Positions 61,686 to 64,000 of a stretch of DNA of 64,000 nt are shown piece by piece (within the stretch, counting starts at the first letter, position 1; every line of letters begins with the position of its first letter). The stretch comes from Candidatus Bathyarchaeota archaeon. Its GTDB lineage: Archaea; Thermoproteota; Bathyarchaeia; Bathyarchaeales; Bathycorpusculaceae. Position numbers and translations under genes: made by a program. The stretch covers positions 195,457 to 259,456 of the forward strand of contig CAVVIY010000001.1 of assembly GCA_963748475.1 (NCBI GenBank). The letters run 5' to 3'. The notes under the pieces are model-generated. The model ran no database searches. It was not told the DNA's origin and saw nothing but the letters and a program-made list of their open reading frames with translations.

Positions 61686-63077
61686 TTATGCTTTGAAGAA
61701 GTCTGATATTTTCTTTTGGAACAGCGCTCGCTTTAACAGTTCACTTTGCAATATCCACCTTTGCATCGGAATTTCAAATCGTCCACCAATAAACTGCAGG
61801 GATTCAGCAAGACTTTTGAAAAGAAACGGTTTTTGCCGCATGGCATTTCTCACGTTCTCGCGTACTTGCCAGACGCCGATGGGCATGATGTATCCTGGTC
61901 TTGCTTCTCTAAGTACAATAGCGGTGGCTTGGCGCTGTTCCTTGACTAATTGCTCGCAAACTGCTAGACGCGCGGCATAGTAGCAACCGCCTATCTGCGC
62001 ATACGTGGTTCTTCCACTGTTTCCTTCCCAATCAGAAAAAATCGCTATGCTTTTTCCGTTCGGGTTCCAAACGGTGCCTGGATACCAAGCCTCCATGGAC
62101 TCGTAACTCCACTGTTGCGGAATCATTAAAATCTCAAAAACATTATCCAAGTAGATTGACTCGTAAACCCTGTACTCGTTGATTTCGGGAAAAGTCTTTA
62201 CTTTTTCTCTGAGGCTTTTGGAGATGGTGTCGTCGACGGCTGTTATGCTCCAGCGTGTAGGAACCAAGCGTCTGTTTTTTTCCACTCCGAAAGCGCCGAC
62301 GCCGAAGGCTTTTTGAATCTTTGTTACCATGACGCCTCGACTGTAAAGTTCCACCACTGCCTCCTTCGCCCGCAAATCCGTGTCATAATACGCTTTTTCT
62401 ATCTTATCATCGTAACGTGCGTTGCCGACGTGCAGATCTCGGATGGGCGCTGAAGGACCAAACGGTTGAACATTATCATCCATGAAAATTGAACCCCGAG
62501 GCTTTTTTGTAAGGTTCAACTCGATGTCTACACAGCTGTCTGCAAGGGCTAACTCTCGTGTTTGATCCAGTATTTTTCCCGCACGCATGAACTTTTGCAC
62601 GTTAACCCTTTGTTTACCACGTACAAGCATGCTCCGGAAACCAACAATTTCATCCATAGATTTCCCAAACCAACGTTCAGGCAAATCGTAAATGCTTGTG
62701 TCCTCATGTATGGGCGGTACAAGTGGACCCGCGTAAACGTTGGGGTAGCCGATTCTCCCTATGAAAACGCTTGGCGGAGACATGCCATTGATATCTTCAC
62801 TTGCCATCAACGGCACGCTTTTGAGAAAATAATTAACTTTAACCATTATTGGGCAACGGGTTTTGCCGCATAGAAACCTAGCGCCTTTGCACAAGACGCA
62901 TAAGCTGTCCTCTCTGGCTCGGGCAACGATTTGGCTATTATCCCCTAAGTTACTGTTCTTCAGAATGTCTTTTAACCAGTTATCTGAAGCACGAATTCTT
63001 TGCAATGGTTCTGAAGTAAGAGTCATAGTATACTTCCATGATGATTGCATCAGCTTGATATGTTTTCCGCATAGCAA
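61686..63077 (-). CDS. nreA: Nre-family DNA repair protein with PIP box
   Basis: CVLCKG...CG...CP, SPPSVFIGR.GYP, LVPTRWSITAVD, C-terminal QKKISDFF. Confidence 0.92.
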   Translation of the reverse strand: MLCGKHIKLMQSSWKYTMTLTSEPLQRIRASDNWLKDILKNSNLGDNSQIVARAREDSLCVLCKGARFLCGKTRCPIMVKVNYFLKSVPLMASEDINGMSPPSVFIGRIGYPNVYAGPLVPPIHEDTSIYDLPERWFGKSMDEIVGFRSMLVRGKQRVNVQKFMRAGKILDQTRELALADSCVDIELNLTKKPRGSIFMDDNVQPFGPSAPIRDLHVGNARYDDKIEKAYYDTDLRAKEAVVELYSRGVMVTKIQKAFGVGAFGVEKNRRLVPTRWSITAVDDTISKSLREKVKTFPEINEYRVYESIYLDNVFEILMIPQQWSYESMEAWYPGTVWNPNGKSIAIFSDWEGNSGRTTYAQIGGCYYAARLAVCEQLVKEQRQATAIVLREARPGYIMPIGVWQVRENVRNAMRQKPFLFKSLAESLQFIGGRFEIPMQRWILQSELLKRALFQKKISDFFKA

Positions 63078-63224
63078 AATGTAAAAAGATAAATCTAACC
63101 TGTTAGGTAAACCCTAAACTTTCCTACTTTCCCTAAAGAGTGTTTGGCAACCGCGATAAAGAACAGCTTTTTCAGGTAGCATTAGTTTTGTGACGGCAAA
63201 ACACAGCAGCAATGCAAGATAATA

Positions 63225-64000
63225 TCATCCTGATTTGTAATAGTCAGCTACTGCTTTGAACGATTCTTTTGGTTCCCATGTCATGTCGGGGTAAGTGGTG
63301 CCGTGTTTTCCGTCATCATAGTATTTCACTAAGCTTGAGCTTGCCATGTCAAGGTCGTATTTGGGATTGTCGCTGTAAGGCGTAATTTGCGACATAAATT
63401 GGGAAATAAAAGCGCCGTCAACCCCTGCATTATCCAGAATGCTGAGGTTTTCAACGAGTTTACGGGCTTGCCATTGCTCGTCGCGAACATGGATGCCTTT
63501 TGTGTGCGGGCGAACAAATCTGCCTAAGACAGGAATTTGATGCAGGAACTGGGACTTGACGTCGATTATGCCGCCACCTAAACCCGATGAACTTAAGAAG
63601 CCTTCTGAACCGATGCCGCCTTGGCATGTGCCGTAGCCGAACTCAGTTATTACAACTGGCTTGTTATAGGCGAAGGACGGCTTTAGCATTTCAACGTATT
63701 TATCTTCAATACGAGCTATTCGGTAATGGTCAACGCCGACAAAGTTGAAGAGGCTCCAGTCAACTGCTTCCCAAACAAGAGAGGCATAAGTTACTTTACC
63801 ATAAAAAACTTGCCTAACTGCTGCGTTGGCCTTTGCTAGGAACTCGTTGAGCGGCTTGTTGTGTTCTCCAGCCTTTATGCAAGGCATAAGAGTGGGGTTT
63901 TTGATGCGTGCCGTAAAGTTTCTGCCTTTGACAATTCCCCGCATGAACAAGGTTAACTCGGAGCCGACACTATACACTAACCGCTCTGGATAACGCTGAA
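63225..64000 (-). CDS. TIM-barrel glycoside-hydrolase-like protein, C-terminal part (runs off window end)
   Basis: VGSEL, VGVDHY, KPVVITEFGY, DLDMAS. Confidence 0.65.
   Translation of the reverse strand, partial: QRYPERLVYSVGSELTLFMRGIVKGRNFTARIKNPTLMPCIKAGEHNKPLNEFLAKANAAVRQVFYGKVTYASLVWEAVDWSLFNFVGVDHYRIARIEDKYVEMLKPSFAYNKPVVITEFGYGTCQGGIGSEGFLSSSGLGGGIIDVKSQFLHQIPVLGRFVRPHTKGIHVRDEQWQARKLVENLSILDNAGVDGAFISQFMSQITPYSDNPKYDLDMASSSLVKYYDDGKHGTTYPDMTWEPKESFKAVADYYKSG

Noticed and set aside
1049..63517. Many short antisense or nested ORFs in the ORF track
   Set aside because: They are shadows of well-supported genes and lack motifs or RBS.

Overview
Archaeal chromosomal DNA, most consistent with Bathyarchaeia (inferred from a two-domain Rpo5/RPB5, NreA with a PIP box, TrmI, TrmB/PadR regulators and large PQQ-like beta-propeller surface proteins). 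Host genes cover proteolytic stress (HtrA, BlaI-like repressor, M48/M56 peptidase), glycogen phosphorylase, Mo/W uptake with ModE, two ammonium transporters, an ABC-2 exporter, rubrerythrin and a radical SAM enzyme. The main result is a ~4.7-kb tyrosine-integrase element (11450-16210) bounded by a perfect 24-bp direct repeat. That repeat is not a tRNA end but the 5' part of a box C/D guide sRNA whose D' guide is complementary to the 23S P-loop (Gm2251 equivalent). The element carries defence-like cargo (ABC-type ATPase, PD-(D/E)XK-like partner, HEPN-like protein). A second C/D sRNA (52486-52549) with the same CAGA D-box variant appears to guide the A1913/A1938-equivalent sites. Also present: an IS605 remnant (deleted tnpA, tnpB), an iteron-like repeat block inside a 25-bp inverted repeat, twin promoter-bearing hairpins flanking a surface-protein gene, several candidate operators, two tRNA-like elements and several gene remnants. 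Many frameshifts look like sequencing indels. All family assignments and rRNA targets come from motif reading and recalled consensus sequences, not database searches.
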